Source: an uncultured Nitrososphaeraceae archaeon
GTDB taxonomy: Archaea; Thermoproteota; Nitrososphaeria; Nitrososphaerales; Nitrososphaeraceae
Length of the DNA stretch: 64,000 nucleotides
Reading direction: 5' to 3'
NCBI GenBank assembly: GCA_963837175.1
Contig: CAWIMJ010000016.1
Coordinates: forward strand, 64,001 to 128,000
The first letter of the stretch is position 1. Each line of letters opens with the position of its first letter. A program made the translations under genes and the position numbers. This document shows positions 1 through 10,699 of the stretch, one piece after another. The notes under the pieces are model-generated. The model was not told where the DNA came from. It did not search any database and saw only the letters and a list, made by a program, of their open reading frames with translations.

Positions 1-214
1 CACACATTTTCTCTTCTCCTCGATGCACATAGCCGGGATCAGGATCGCAATAAACAATATAATCTCCATCAAGCTTAATGGTAAATCTAAAGTGTCCTGA
101 ACCTGGATGTTGAGGTCCAACGCTTAGCGTCATTAAACGATCGTCAGGAGATTCTTTTACTATTTCCATGCTTAGTTTATCAGATTGGTCTATTCTATCT
201 TGAATATTTGCCAA
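1..214 (-). CDS. nuoD: NADH-quinone oxidoreductase subunit D, N-terminal part (runs off the window)
   Basis: Manual translation from TTG at 214 gives MANIQDR...[45 protein letters not shown]. This has the NuoD GPQHP and GYxHRGxEK motifs. AGGTGA RBS upstream; follows nuoC. Confidence 0.93.
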   Translation of the reverse strand, partial: MANIQDRIDQSDKLSMEIVKESPDDRLMTLSVGPQHPGSGHFRFTIKLDGDYIVYCDPDPGYVHRGEEKMC

Positions 215-227
215 TTTTTCTCTCACC

Positions 228-909
228 TTATCTACCTTTTATTCTAAACTCCTTTCTCAATGGCGGAATATCAGCCCAGTCTTCAGGCAAGAGGAAACGC
301 TCATTTCTTGGATGTCCTTCAAAATACACACCGAGCATTTCAAATGTCTCTCGCTCATGATACTCTACGCTTTTGTAGACGTTAATTAATGTTGGCAATC
401 TTGCATCGTCACGATTTGTCCGAGTAGCCAAAACCAGGATATGGGCACCAAGATCTACTCTTGAATAAGAGCCTAAATGATAAACAACTTCAATTTGATT
501 ATCTTTGGGATAATCAGTGCCTGCAATAGACTCTGCATGATCAAATGCCATAGAATCACGAAGAAAAGATGCCACTTCTACAATATTTGCAGGGTCAACA
601 TATATTTTTATACGCAGGGGTCTTATATAACTAACTTTTACCTTATCTCCCAATTGAGAAGATATTTGATTTACAAGTTCCTTTTCAAAGAGTGGAGGCT
701 CAGGTTCTTTTTTTGCTAGAGAAGTAGGCGCAGGAGGTTTAGATGGCGGCGTTGAGGGTGATGCTTTGGTCACAGGAGTAGATGAAGAAATATTAGTGCT
801 TGGACTATTAGCGAGCAGCGGGTTTGGATGATGATGAAGAGGAGGAAGATATTGAAGATTCAGAAATGTTTGTGTCGCCAGATTTATTCTTATTTGAATC
901 TTCACTCAT
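228..909 (-). CDS. nuoC: NADH-quinone oxidoreductase subunit C, with an apparent +1 frameshift near 813 in the Ser/Pro-rich N-terminus
   Basis: C-terminal [16 protein letters not shown]...LLPEDW...PLRKEF motif. The natural ATG at 909, 1 nt after the nuoB stop, reads [11 protein letters not shown]...KPAAR* and joins the main frame if one base is removed. Confidence 0.92.
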
Positions 910-910
910 A

Positions 911-1426
911 TTACTTAATCTTCGACCTTTTGATCTTTTCTTGTAGCAACATCGTGCCTTGGATCAACGTTTCAGGTCGAGGAGGACATCCGGGAACATA
1001 TACATCTACTGGGATAATTCCATCGACTCCCGGAAGCACATTGTATGAATCAATATACAATCCGCCTGTGATTGCGCATGCGCCCATTGCGATTACGTAT
1101 TTTGGCTCAGGCATCTGATCATAAACCATCCTCAATCTAGGTGCCATCTTACGAGTCACAGTACCTTGTACGACAATCAAATCGCACTGTCTTAATGAAC
1201 CGAATGCTTCAATAATTCCAAATCTTTCAACATCATATCTAGGACCTGAAGCTGCCCCAAATTCTACACTACAGCATGCCGTTTCTAAGTGTACAGGCCA
1301 TAAGGACCAAATTCTTCCCCAATTGATCGCAAAGCCTAAAGGCTTGTCTAATGCCTTCACTAGTACATCACTTAATTTGCTAACCATGACATTGAAGTTC
1401 GTAGGATTAAGAAGGTCTCTGATCAT
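911..1426 (-). CDS. nuoB: NADH-quinone oxidoreductase subunit B
   Basis: TACCSVE, MGACAITGG and YVPGCPPRPE Fe-S motifs; operon position. Confidence 0.96.
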   Translation of the reverse strand: MIRDLLNPTNFNVMVSKLSDVLVKALDKPLGFAINWGRIWSLWPVHLETACCSVEFGAASGPRYDVERFGIIEAFGSLRQCDLIVVQGTVTRKMAPRLRMVYDQMPEPKYVIAMGACAITGGLYIDSYNVLPGVDGIIPVDVYVPGCPPRPETLIQGTMLLQEKIKRSKIK

Positions 1427-1493
1427 TGCCTTTTTTCCTCAGTATTGGTCCACAGTTTTGATATATAATACTTGTTAGTGAAAGATACTACTA

Positions 1494-1868
1494 TTACCAA
1501 ATCCCTTTCCTGCCCGACAAATAAAGTGCATAGGCCATAGAGGAGAACATTATTCCTAAGAAAGCCATAATTGGAAGGGTTGCAGTTCTCGGAATTGAAA
1601 ATAGAGCTGTTGCCCAAGAAAAAAGGAAGATTGACATGACATCAAATACAACAAACATCAAAATGTAAGCATAATATTGCATCATAAAGTGCGAACGACC
1701 TTCACCGCTGGGCATCTGGCCACATTCCATAGGTAGGAATTTAACTGGATTGTATCGTCGTCTAGGTGATAATAGTCTAGATAAAATTAATGCGGGAACA
1801 GCAGCTAGTATACCAAACCCGAACATGTACATAATTGGAGTAAATTGTGCAACAGTCTCTCCAGCCAA
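1494..1868 (-). CDS. nuoA: NADH-quinone oxidoreductase subunit A
   Basis: Three hydrophobic segments, MECG loop, FVVFDV motif; first gene of the nuo operon. Confidence 0.94.
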   Translation of the reverse strand: MAGETVAQFTPIMYMFGFGILAAVPALILSRLLSPRRRYNPVKFLPMECGQMPSGEGRSHFMMQYYAYILMFVVFDVMSIFLFSWATALFSIPRTATLPIMAFLGIMFSSMAYALYLSGRKGIW

Positions 1869-1907
1869 TGCACCACTTGCTGATTTATGAAGATATAAAA
1901 GTCTTGC

Positions 1908-3119
1908 TTAATGTTTTGAAACTATATTAAATAGTTGGCGAGCAGCAAGCTTTGGATGGTTTAGGGCCAATCTCATCATCTTCACTGTTGTGAACTCTGC
2001 TTTAATAAAATCTAAAAACTCATCTGTAGATAAATCTCTTAATATATCAATTTCTTTATCCCATTCATCGTCTGAAAGTCCAATCCAGCGTGCTTGAACC
2101 TTAAGAGCTGCCTTGATTTTTGATTCTACCCTCTTTCTCACAATTTGCTCATACACCATAAGGGATGCCTTCTCAGAATCTTGAGTAAGAGACCTAGCTC
2201 CAATTTCGCCTGCCAACCTACCGAATTCAATAGCATACCTAATTCCTTCTAATACCAGCGGATTAGACTGTCCTGCTGAATCTCCTACCATGATAAAGCC
2301 ATCAGAGACAGAAGATTCCCTAAGGCCCTCGTTTGGTATAAATCCATAATGTAACTCTATCGGTTGGATTTTACCTAGCCTGTCTAATGGTTTCAATTTC
2401 TTTTCAAATATCCAATGTAACTTTTGCATTGGATCTATATTAGATTCAGGTCTACCAACACCAATTCCGATTCTTACTCTATTCTTTGACACTGGAAAAA
2501 CCCATGCGTAGCCAGCGTCCGAATACGTATGTCCTACCATGAGTGTCCATGTTGCAGGATCCACGTGCTCACAATAGCACTCGTATTCAGCTCCGACTCC
2601 GTATCTTTTCCATTCGTTAACACTCCGCAACCTTCGACCAACAGAACTAGTGAAACCGCTTGCATCAATCACTAATTTACAATTTATTGCTAAATCTCCT
2701 TTTGGTGTGCTTACTTTTAATCCTACGGCTCGGTTTTTGGAGTCAGTTATTACATTGGTAACATTGCTCCTTACCATAATTTCGGCACCGGCCTCTGCTG
2801 CTAAAAACGCAAGAAACTGATACGTCATTCGAACATTTAATACACATGATTTTGCGGTATCTCCACTGATAGTAACTTCATTAGAAGGCGATATCAAAGA
2901 ATAATTGTTTATCGGATTATAATGGTCTTTTGAAATTCCAAGTTTTTCTATATCCTCTATCCAACTCACACCACTAGTTCTTATGTTATGTGCAATCGAA
3001 TCATCCTTTTCGAACAGGATTACATTTGCTCCTAAGATTGAGGCTTTATATGCAGCTGAGAGTCCTGCAGGACCTCCACCTACAATTGCAATATCATATC
3101 TTAAAGTGGTAGTAGTCAT
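1908..3119 (-). CDS. Geranylgeranyl reductase-family FAD oxidoreductase
   Basis: VGGGPAGLSAA FAD motif, DASG, YAWVFP, and GDSAGQSNPLVLEGIRYA. Confidence 0.85.
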   Translation of the reverse strand: MTTTTLRYDIAIVGGGPAGLSAAYKASILGANVILFEKDDSIAHNIRTSGVSWIEDIEKLGISKDHYNPINNYSLISPSNEVTISGDTAKSCVLNVRMTYQFLAFLAAEAGAEIMVRSNVTNVITDSKNRAVGLKVSTPKGDLAINCKLVIDASGFTSSVGRRLRSVNEWKRYGVGAEYECYCEHVDPATWTLMVGHTYSDAGYAWVFPVSKNRVRIGIGVGRPESNIDPMQKLHWIFEKKLKPLDRLGKIQPIELHYGFIPNEGLRESSVSDGFIMVGDSAGQSNPLVLEGIRYAIEFGRLAGEIGARSLTQDSEKASLMVYEQIVRKRVESKIKAALKVQARWIGLSDDEWDKEIDILRDLSTDEFLDFIKAEFTTVKMMRLALNHPKLAARQLFNIVSKH

Positions 3120-3122
3120 ATC

Positions 3123-4451
3123 TCATCCTGCAGTAAATGAAATATTGTCAAACCGCATGTAAGGAAGAATAGAATCTGATAGGACCTTTTGTTCTTTTGA
3201 GATACCAGTAAGATCATTTAATGCATCAAATACATTACCTGCCACCATAACTTCCTTTATAGCATATTCAATATTTCCCTTCTCTATGTATTGTCCACCT
3301 TTAACAACACCTGAAAAATCACCATTTACAGGATTCACATTTCCAGAAAATCTGTTTATTATAATGCCTTTGTCCATTTCAGAAATCAGAGTTTCTGCTC
3401 TTGACTTACCTGCTTCTATTATAATATTAGTTGTAGATACTATAGGGGGAGTTTTAGGAGAACCGCCTGCATTGCCCGTACTTTCTGTATTATCTTTATT
3501 AGCAGTATAGGTATTGTAAAGGAATTTTTTCAAAATTCCTTTTTCAATTATTATGTTACATTGATGAGAAATACCCTCTCTATCAAAACTTGACGCTGCT
3601 AAACCCTTAGTATTAGTAGCATCGTCTATAATGGTTAGTAAATCAGAAGAGACGGATTTTCCAAGCTTTCCCTTAAATTTACTCGCATCTTTCTGCATGG
3701 TCTGTGAATTAATTGAATACGCGACTACATCCTGTACCAATTCAGTTACTGCAGAAGGAGTAAGGAGCATTTCTCCCTTAAAGCTCTGGATTTTTTTAGA
3801 ATCCAAAGAATCTATAACTGACTTAGCGAATTCTCTGCTTGTTGAACATACATTGATATCTTTGACATTGTGAGTACCACCGAATTGAAAATCAAAATTA
3901 GATACTTCACTGCCGTCTATTGCCATTCCCATAATAGACCACGAAAATGCACTGATTGTTTCTTTTACTCTTATTCCATTGGAGTTCAGCAAAGCATGGG
4001 TCATCACAGAGCTTGTAAAATTACCGCTATCGACACTCACCCTCTTGTCATAAGCTTTTGCAGCATCTAACATATCGACTGCCATTTTTACAGCATCAGA
4101 TGCTGTAAAAGATTCAGATTTTCTATCATAGATACCATTTAGCAATTCTACTCTTCGTGAAAAAGGCATCGAATTGAATTTATCAGATGGACTCACCCTA
4201 GCAAGTTTAATAGCCTGCGTAACTGCGTCGCTGACGCATTCCTTTTCTAGCACATTGGTAGAAGAAAAACCTAATGAATTATTTACAAACACTCTGATTC
4301 CCAATCCGCCAGTCCGGTGAGATTTGCACTGTTTTAGATCGTTATTCTCAATAAAGACCTCTGATTCTTTATTGCTCACTCCATAAGCTTCACAATAGTC
4401 AGCTCCCTTTTTTTCTGCCTCCCTCAATACAAAACTACAAATTTCTTCCAA
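3123..4451 (-). CDS. pmbA: PmbA/TldE family protein
   Basis: FDREG, TGNA, NPVNGDFS motifs and no HExxxH; directly downstream of tldD. Likely start is TTG at 4451 (ORF track extends to 4487). Confidence 0.9.
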   Translation of the reverse strand: MEEICSFVLREAEKKGADYCEAYGVSNKESEVFIENNDLKQCKSHRTGGLGIRVFVNNSLGFSSTNVLEKECVSDAVTQAIKLARVSPSDKFNSMPFSRRVELLNGIYDRKSESFTASDAVKMAVDMLDAAKAYDKRVSVDSGNFTSSVMTHALLNSNGIRVKETISAFSWSIMGMAIDGSEVSNFDFQFGGTHNVKDINVCSTSREFAKSVIDSLDSKKIQSFKGEMLLTPSAVTELVQDVVAYSINSQTMQKDASKFKGKLGKSVSSDLLTIIDDATNTKGLAASSFDREGISHQCNIIIEKGILKKFLYNTYTANKDNTESTGNAGGSPKTPPIVSTTNIIIEAGKSRAETLISEMDKGIIINRFSGNVNPVNGDFSGVVKGGQYIEKGNIEYAIKEVMVAGNVFDALNDLTGISKEQKVLSDSILPYMRFDNISFTAG

Positions 4452-4456
4452 TTTTC

Positions 4457-5866
4457 CTACTGCAGACCTCCGATAATCGCGTTGCATCTGATATGCGGTC
4501 CACCACCATCAACTTTTGCTGGTTGAAATTTACCACAGTATCCTGTTCCTATGTCGAATTTAAAATCCCTTCCTACCATGTCCACAGATTGTAATACATC
4601 AAAAGCACTACCAGAAATACTAGCACCTCTTAGAAGTTCCTTTAGTTCACCCCTTTCAATTAAGTATACTTCTTGAGATCCAAACATAAATTCCCCATTC
4701 GCATCAGCCTGACCATTTCTAGCGCCTTTTATTAGATAGCCGTGTCTTGTTTCCTTCACAATATCATCAAATTTATCATGTCCAGGTTCAATGAATGTAT
4801 TCCTCATCCTAATTAGCAGATCATCATCATATTCAAAGGCACGTGCGTTGCCAGTTGGTGGAACATCGAACATTAATGCAGTTTCACGGTTATGTAAAAA
4901 AGACTTAAGTATACCCTCTTCTATAATTACGGTTCTACTTGCTAAAACTCCTTCATCATCAACTATGGTAGTTCCAGCTCCATTTGAAGCAATATCCTCT
5001 TGACCGCTATCTATCATCGTAACGAGATGGCTTGCTATTTTTGTTCCGATTTTATCTTTGACTATTGAGCCGGAAAGAACAAAATCAGCCTCTACCATAT
5101 GACCTATAGCCTCATGTGAGATTAAACCTACCATCCCCGGATCTAAAATTATCGTTGTCCTTTCGCCGATGACATGTTTTGCTTCCAGCAGCTTTGTTGC
5201 CTTTTCCGATGCTAGATTAGCATAGTCAATATGATCTTTTTCAGAAAACAAATCTTGCCATCCACCGGTTATTCCAATTCCCTCTGAGGTTGTTACGCTT
5301 TCGTTTTCTTTGCGTGCGACTGTCGTTACATTAAATTCTGGTTTAGAATCATATATTTCTACTTCTGCCCCATCGCTGTTAACTATTAATTTATGGTCTA
5401 ACATTTCACGATAGACACAAGAAGCAAATTTAATTAATGGAGAATACTTTCTAGCCTGCACTTCAGCCTCTTTTGTAATTCTTACTTTATTTTCGATATC
5501 AATGCTAGAAAGGTCACCTCTAATCTTTGTTTTAAATAGACCCTTAGCTAGCTTTGATGATGCAAGCCCTTCAACTTTATTCTTTTTTGTTCCAGCAAGT
5601 AGTTTTGCTACTGTTATAGCTTCATAAAGAGAGTCTTTTAATGCATTCTTTGAAAGAAGGTTTGTACTGCTAAAACCCCAGCAACCGTCTACAAGGACTC
5701 TAATACCACATCCAGAGTTTTGAATGCTACGAATTCGTTCAAGTTCACCATTGCTAAAATTTACTTCATTTGTAGTTCTGGATTGATAACGCACCTCAAC
5801 ATATTTTGTATCCTTAGCTTTGGAAATCAGAGAACACAAGTCATCAATTACCAGCAAATTTGTCAT
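4457..5866 (-). CDS. tldD: TldD family metalloprotease
   Basis: HEAIGH zinc motif, DDEG, TGNARA, RMRNTFI, and C-terminal CGK. Confidence 0.93.
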   Translation of the reverse strand: MTNLLVIDDLCSLISKAKDTKYVEVRYQSRTTNEVNFSNGELERIRSIQNSGCGIRVLVDGCWGFSSTNLLSKNALKDSLYEAITVAKLLAGTKKNKVEGLASSKLAKGLFKTKIRGDLSSIDIENKVRITKEAEVQARKYSPLIKFASCVYREMLDHKLIVNSDGAEVEIYDSKPEFNVTTVARKENESVTTSEGIGITGGWQDLFSEKDHIDYANLASEKATKLLEAKHVIGERTTIILDPGMVGLISHEAIGHMVEADFVLSGSIVKDKIGTKIASHLVTMIDSGQEDIASNGAGTTIVDDEGVLASRTVIIEEGILKSFLHNRETALMFDVPPTGNARAFEYDDDLLIRMRNTFIEPGHDKFDDIVKETRHGYLIKGARNGQADANGEFMFGSQEVYLIERGELKELLRGASISGSAFDVLQSVDMVGRDFKFDIGTGYCGKFQPAKVDGGGPHIRCNAIIGGLQ

Positions 5867-6177
5867 TATGATAAAACCACATACTCAATTACTCTCAATT
5901 ATGTTTATCTAATGGCCTAGCCTAAGCTAGAGTACAAGTCCATTCCATACAATATAAATACAATGCTAAAAGAAACTGTGCATCAGAATGTAAGAGATAT
6001 TTAAGAATCAATAAATAATGAGTATCTTAGTATATGAGGTAAAGGATGAGAAATGATATTTTAATCAATTACTCTTACCTAACTATTTTGAGAATGATAT
6101 TGTTAGACTATCATTGTTTTTGCTTATAAATTTTCCCATCAAATACTCTTATTCATAGTAGGCATAATAAATTTAAT

Positions 6178-7170
6178 ATTGTCCCTGCCATACCTGCACC
6201 TGAATTTAAAGATATTTTCATTTGGGCAAATTCAGAGCCGCTTTCGATTAAAGGTTTGAATGGAAAGGTTATTCTGCTAGACTGCTGGACATATACATGT
6301 ATCTTTTGCTCGCGTACTATTCCTATAATGAAACATTTACAGCAAAAATATGCTAAGAATGGATTTCAAGTAATCCAAGCACATTCCGCAGAATATAATT
6401 TTGCTAAAGATGTATCGAATATACAGAGCACTATTACGATATAACATAAAAAATATTCCAGTTGCATTTGAAACCGATAATAAGAATATGGTAAGCATAT
6501 GGTAATACATATTGGCCAAAACATGTTTTAATAGATCATAATGGCTTTGTCCGTTATGAGCATGCAGGATATGGAAGAATTCAAGATTTTGAAGATGCAT
6601 TAGTAGAATTGTTAGAGGAGGCTGGTCAGAAACCAGCTAAATCCAGAGACTGAAAATCCGACTGATGAGATTTTTAATACTTATGGAATGCACTATGATG
6701 GTATCGCATCTGAGATATGCGTTGGTTATTCAAGTCTTGGAAGGTTTGGAAACAACCAAACAATGAAGCATGATAAACCAAATATCGTAGTAGATAGTGG
6801 ATGTCATGACAATAATTTAGTTTATCTGCGTAGGAAATGGATATGGGAGCATGAAGGCGTACGATTTTGTTCTGATCATAAAGAGAAAAACCCGGCAGTA
6901 ATAGCAAAATATGACAATGCAAAACGCGTACATGGAATTATTGGATCATCAGATGGCAAGGTTGGAAAGGTAGAAGATAAACTAGACGAAAACTATTTGA
7001 CAGAAAAATGTGCAGGAAAGGATGTAAGAATAAAAAATGGTGTCAGTTTTGCAGACATAAAATGGTCATTCATGCATAACTTGGTAAGAACACAAGAGCC
7101 TGAAATACATGAAATAGAGATAACTCCTCGATCCGAGAATTTTATATTTTATACGTTTGTATTCGGGTAG
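6178..7170 (+). pseudogene. DipZ-like redoxin/thioredoxin-domain protein, disrupted
   Basis: PAPEF...W.NSEPL...GKVILLDCWTYTCIFC, then continues in other frames as AYGNTYWPKHVLIDHNGFVRYEHAGYG and ends ...FYTFVFG. At least two frameshifts (about 6425 and 6487), an in-frame TAA near 6492 and a further break near 6650. Confidence 0.8.
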
Positions 7171-7310
7171 ATGGATAGCAGTAATTAATAATTTTATGGA
7201 ACTAGTACTGATCGATAATTATTATTTCTATGATTTAAACAATCGTCATCTTCATAATTGACAAGATCTCATGTTAAATGTTTTTCTATCAATAAGGTAT
7301 TCTGGTAAAT

Positions 7311-7817
7311 ATGTACAAAGATGATATTAAAGATGTGGAACAGCAGCAGCTCAGAGAGGGTGATATAGCACCAGACTTTACCTCATCTGATTCTGATGGT
7401 CATAGTTTCAAGCTATCGGATTTTCGTAGAAAAAAGAACGTCGTAGTCTACTTTTATCCAAAAGACTTTACACCGGGTTGCACAACAGAGGCAATAGAAT
7501 TCACAAAAGATTATAACAAGATAAAGGACTCTAACATTGAGATTATAGGTGTTAGCCCGGACAATGATGATTCACATAAAAAGTTTAGGCAAAAAATAAA
7601 AATTCCCTATCTGCTTTCAGCTGATATCCAAAACGAAACATCCAAGAAATATGGTGTTTATGGGCCTAAGAGTTTTATGGGTAAGGAGTATAATGGTGTT
7701 AACAGATCTACTTTTCTAATCGACACAAATGGAAAAATTATTAGAATTTTCTCAAAAGTAAAACCAGCTGGTCACAGTCAAGAAGTAATTGATTCCTTTA
7801 GAAGGAAAATTGAGTGA
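7311..7817 (+). CDS. bcp: Peroxiredoxin, BCP/PrxQ type
   Basis: YFYPKDFTPGCTTEA active-site motif and RSTFLID. Confidence 0.93.
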   Translation: MYKDDIKDVEQQQLREGDIAPDFTSSDSDGHSFKLSDFRRKKNVVVYFYPKDFTPGCTTEAIEFTKDYNKIKDSNIEIIGVSPDNDDSHKKFRQKIKIPYLLSADIQNETSKKYGVYGPKSFMGKEYNGVNRSTFLIDTNGKIIRIFSKVKPAGHSQEVIDSFRRKIE

Positions 7818-8205
7818 TGCAAAGAATGAGATCATATTGTTATTATAACTAATTATGTAGAATGATTTCACTCTGACATTTATTTATTAATCGCTGAAGA
7901 ATTTTTTAATCTCAAATAAAAAAAATCCTTTTTTTACTCATATTACTCTTTCTCTCTCGTCCAACGGCTGATCAGTCTTTTGTTTGAAGAACCTAAAATA
8001 ATCACTCATTTTTTTAATATTTTATGGCATAGATACTTGTTTTTGATCTTTCTAATTGAAACTAGAAGCTTATCACAAATAATAAAGAGATATGGTTGAT
8101 AGGGAATACTCTATAATATTCATCCTGTAAACTTCTAATCGAATAGATATATATGTATATATATAGTAGAGATGAAAATTTAGAGTTTTCTTCTTGGGTC
8201 TTAAG

Positions 8206-8290
8206 TGCGGGAGATGGGATTTGAACCCACGAACCCCTAAGGGATAAGAGCCTCAGTCTTACGCCTTTGGCCAAGCTGGGCGACTCCCGC
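8206..8290 (-). tRNA. tRNA-Leu(GAG)
   Basis: Reverse complement folds as a cloverleaf: GCGGGAG/CTCCCGC acceptor stem, TAAGA-CT-GAG-GC-TCTTA anticodon arm, long variable arm, GGTTCAAATCC T-loop. Confidence 0.96.
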
Positions 8291-8463
8291 TCGTTATAAA
8301 ATGAATACCGCTAATTTGAATATTACCCGTTTTGATGACCTAAATTACCATAATAACTAACAGACAAAGTCTTAAATTATATTAATAACAAATTGTCAAT
8401 AACTTATCACATTCATAATTGTATGATAATGGTTTTTATAGGTCTTTAAAGGAGGACAAAGAT

Positions 8464-8700
8464 GTGTTAGTACCCATACGTTGTTTTACCTGTGGGAATT
8501 TAGTTGCAGATAAATATGCAGAGTATTCAAACAGAGTACAAGCAGGACAAGATCCTGCGAAGGTTATGGATTCTTTAAATGTGAAACGTTACTGTTGTCG
8601 ACGAATGTTTGTTTCTACAGTCGAAACAATATATCAGGTAATACCTTATTACGAGGCGCTACGACAAAGGATGTCAGAAATTAAGTCAGAAATAGAATAA
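8464..8700 (+). CDS. rpoN: DNA-directed RNA polymerase subunit Rpo10 (N)
   Basis: PIRCFTCG and RYCCRRM zinc motifs; GTG start at 8464 after GGAGG. Confidence 0.95.
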   Translation: MLVPIRCFTCGNLVADKYAEYSNRVQAGQDPAKVMDSLNVKRYCCRRMFVSTVETIYQVIPYYEALRQRMSEIKSEIE

Positions 8701-8706
8701 GATAAA

Positions 8707-9954
8707 ATGCCATTAATCTCAGCGGTTAAAGGCAGGATTATTTTTAATAGTAGAGGAAGTAAAACTATAGAGATCGACGTTATCACTGACAACAAATTCT
8801 TTGGGAGAGCATGCGCTCCTTCAGGGGCTAGTGTAGGAAAATTAGAAGCGCAAAGTTTTTCTGACAATAGACCTGAAAAATCACTTGAAATATTCAATGA
8901 AAATATAAGGAAATTCATTGGCATAGAAGCACAAGATCCAAAGGCAATTTTTGACGTTTTAAAATCTATTGACAACAGTATGTCATATGCTAACATTGGC
9001 GGCGCGATTGCCTATGCTTTGAGCATTGCGTCTGTTGATTCAGCAGCAAAGGCACTAGATGTACCGTTATTCAAATTATTAAATGCAAGAAAACAATATA
9101 AGTTTCCTTATCCGTTAGGGAATATTTTAGGCGGCGGTGCTCATGCTGGCCCTGGTACTCCTGATATTCAAGAGATTCTCGCTTGTCCAATAGGTGCTAG
9201 AAATATAATGGAGGCTCTGGAAATGAACTTTCAACTCCATGCACAAGTTCGTAAAGTCATTGAATCCATTGACAAACGATTTACAAATGGTCGGGGAGAT
9301 GAGGGTGCATGGGCGCCTAATCTTAATAATGACCAAGCGTTAGATATTGTAGAGAAGGCTGTCAAAAATTGTGGTTTTACTATAGGTAAAGACATGGCTT
9401 TGGGAATTGACTTTGCTAGTTCTTCAATGTGGAATGAAAACAGACAAGTTTATGATTATTCTAGGCAGGGAATCTTACGAGATACCCAAGAACAAATTGA
9501 GTTTGTTAATTACTTAATTAACACCTACAAACTCATATATGTAGAAGATCCTGTTCATGAGGAAGATTTCGAGGGTATGGCAGCTGTCACTAAAAAGAAT
9601 CCAAATTGTCTAGTCACAGGTGATGACATATTAGTTACAAATGCTGCACGTGTAAGAGAAGCAATAAGGCGTGGATCCTGTAATGCCGCGATTTTGAAAG
9701 TGAATCAGGCAGGAAGTCTACATGATGCCCTGAACTTTGTAAACGAATGTAATAATAACAATATAAGAATTGTAACATCGCATCGATCAGGTGAATCGAC
9801 TGACTCACACATTTCTCACATTGCAGTCGCTACTGGTTCGAAGATGCTAAAGGCAGGGATTGTAGGAGGAGAACGTGTTTCAAAGCTAAACGAACTTTTA
9901 CGGCTATCGGAGTATGATTTAATAGATGGAATGGCTGAAGTGTCCTTTGCTTAA
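8707..9954 (+). CDS. eno: Enolase
   Basis: PSGASVG, GGGAHAG, GDEG, EDP, GDD, LKVNQ, SHRSGE motifs. Confidence 0.95.
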   Translation: MPLISAVKGRIIFNSRGSKTIEIDVITDNKFFGRACAPSGASVGKLEAQSFSDNRPEKSLEIFNENIRKFIGIEAQDPKAIFDVLKSIDNSMSYANIGGAIAYALSIASVDSAAKALDVPLFKLLNARKQYKFPYPLGNILGGGAHAGPGTPDIQEILACPIGARNIMEALEMNFQLHAQVRKVIESIDKRFTNGRGDEGAWAPNLNNDQALDIVEKAVKNCGFTIGKDMALGIDFASSSMWNENRQVYDYSRQGILRDTQEQIEFVNYLINTYKLIYVEDPVHEEDFEGMAAVTKKNPNCLVTGDDILVTNAARVREAIRRGSCNAAILKVNQAGSLHDALNFVNECNNNNIRIVTSHRSGESTDSHISHIAVATGSKMLKAGIVGGERVSKLNELLRLSEYDLIDGMAEVSFA

Positions 9955-9955
9955 C

Positions 9956-10699
9956 ATGAGTGATGAAAAGGAGATTCAGAATATGCCAGTGGAAACTGAT
10001 GTTGAACACAAAGGATCGGAACAAATTACCGACGATATGACTTCTGAACAATCAATTCCTACCGAATCTAAAGAAGATATGGATTACAGCCAGGATAGCA
10101 ACAATTTAGAGAAAATGATTCTTTCTACTGGTATTCGTGTTGGTACTCCAGTTAAGACTAAATATATGATACCATTTATTGTGCGTGCTAACCCGGAAGG
10201 TTTGTATATTCTTGACATTAGTAAAACCTTATCAAGGATTGATGTTGCGGCGAAATTTATTGGACGTTCGAATATAGCAAGAGTTGCAGTGACTTCTGCC
10301 CGTGAGTATGGTAAAACACCTGTAGAAAAGTTCTGTGAATTTACTGGTGCTACTGGTATCTTTGGACGATTTATGCCAGGGACTTTCACAAATCCATCCT
10401 TACCAAGATACATGGAGCCTGAAATCGTAATTGTTACTGACCCACAGGCCGACCAACAAGCAGTCATAGAGGCGACTAGAGCAGGCGTTCCAGTTATCGC
10501 GATCTCTAACAGTGATAATGTGACATCGAAAGTAGATCTAATCATTCCTGCAAATAACAGAGGCCGAAAGGCTCTGGCTACTGTTTATTGGCTCCTCGCA
10601 AGAGAGGTTTTAAAGAAACAAGGCACCATTAAGTCCGATAGTGATATGAAGGTGTCTATTGATGACTTTGAAACCAAATTAGTCGAGGAATTACCTTGA
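9956..10699 (+). CDS. rps2: 30S ribosomal protein S2
   Basis: GRFMPGTFTNP, DPQADQQA..EA, IPANNRG motifs; ATG at 9956. Confidence 0.96.
   Translation: MSDEKEIQNMPVETDVEHKGSEQITDDMTSEQSIPTESKEDMDYSQDSNNLEKMILSTGIRVGTPVKTKYMIPFIVRANPEGLYILDISKTLSRIDVAAKFIGRSNIARVAVTSAREYGKTPVEKFCEFTGATGIFGRFMPGTFTNPSLPRYMEPEIVIVTDPQADQQAVIEATRAGVPVIAISNSDNVTSKVDLIIPANNRGRKALATVYWLLAREVLKKQGTIKSDSDMKVSIDDFETKLVEELP

Noticed and set aside
808-909. Programmed ribosomal frameshift in nuoC
   Set aside because: No slippery sequence is present, and the same one-base edit recurs in unrelated genes, which points to a consensus artefact.
6480-6660. Stop-codon recoding (Sec/Pyl) in the redoxin gene
   Set aside because: The stops come with frameshifts and are not at the CxxC site; decay explains them better.
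8062-8274. 70-aa ORF here, and the 67-aa ORF at 21923-22126
   Set aside because: Both are spurious translations through tRNA genes.
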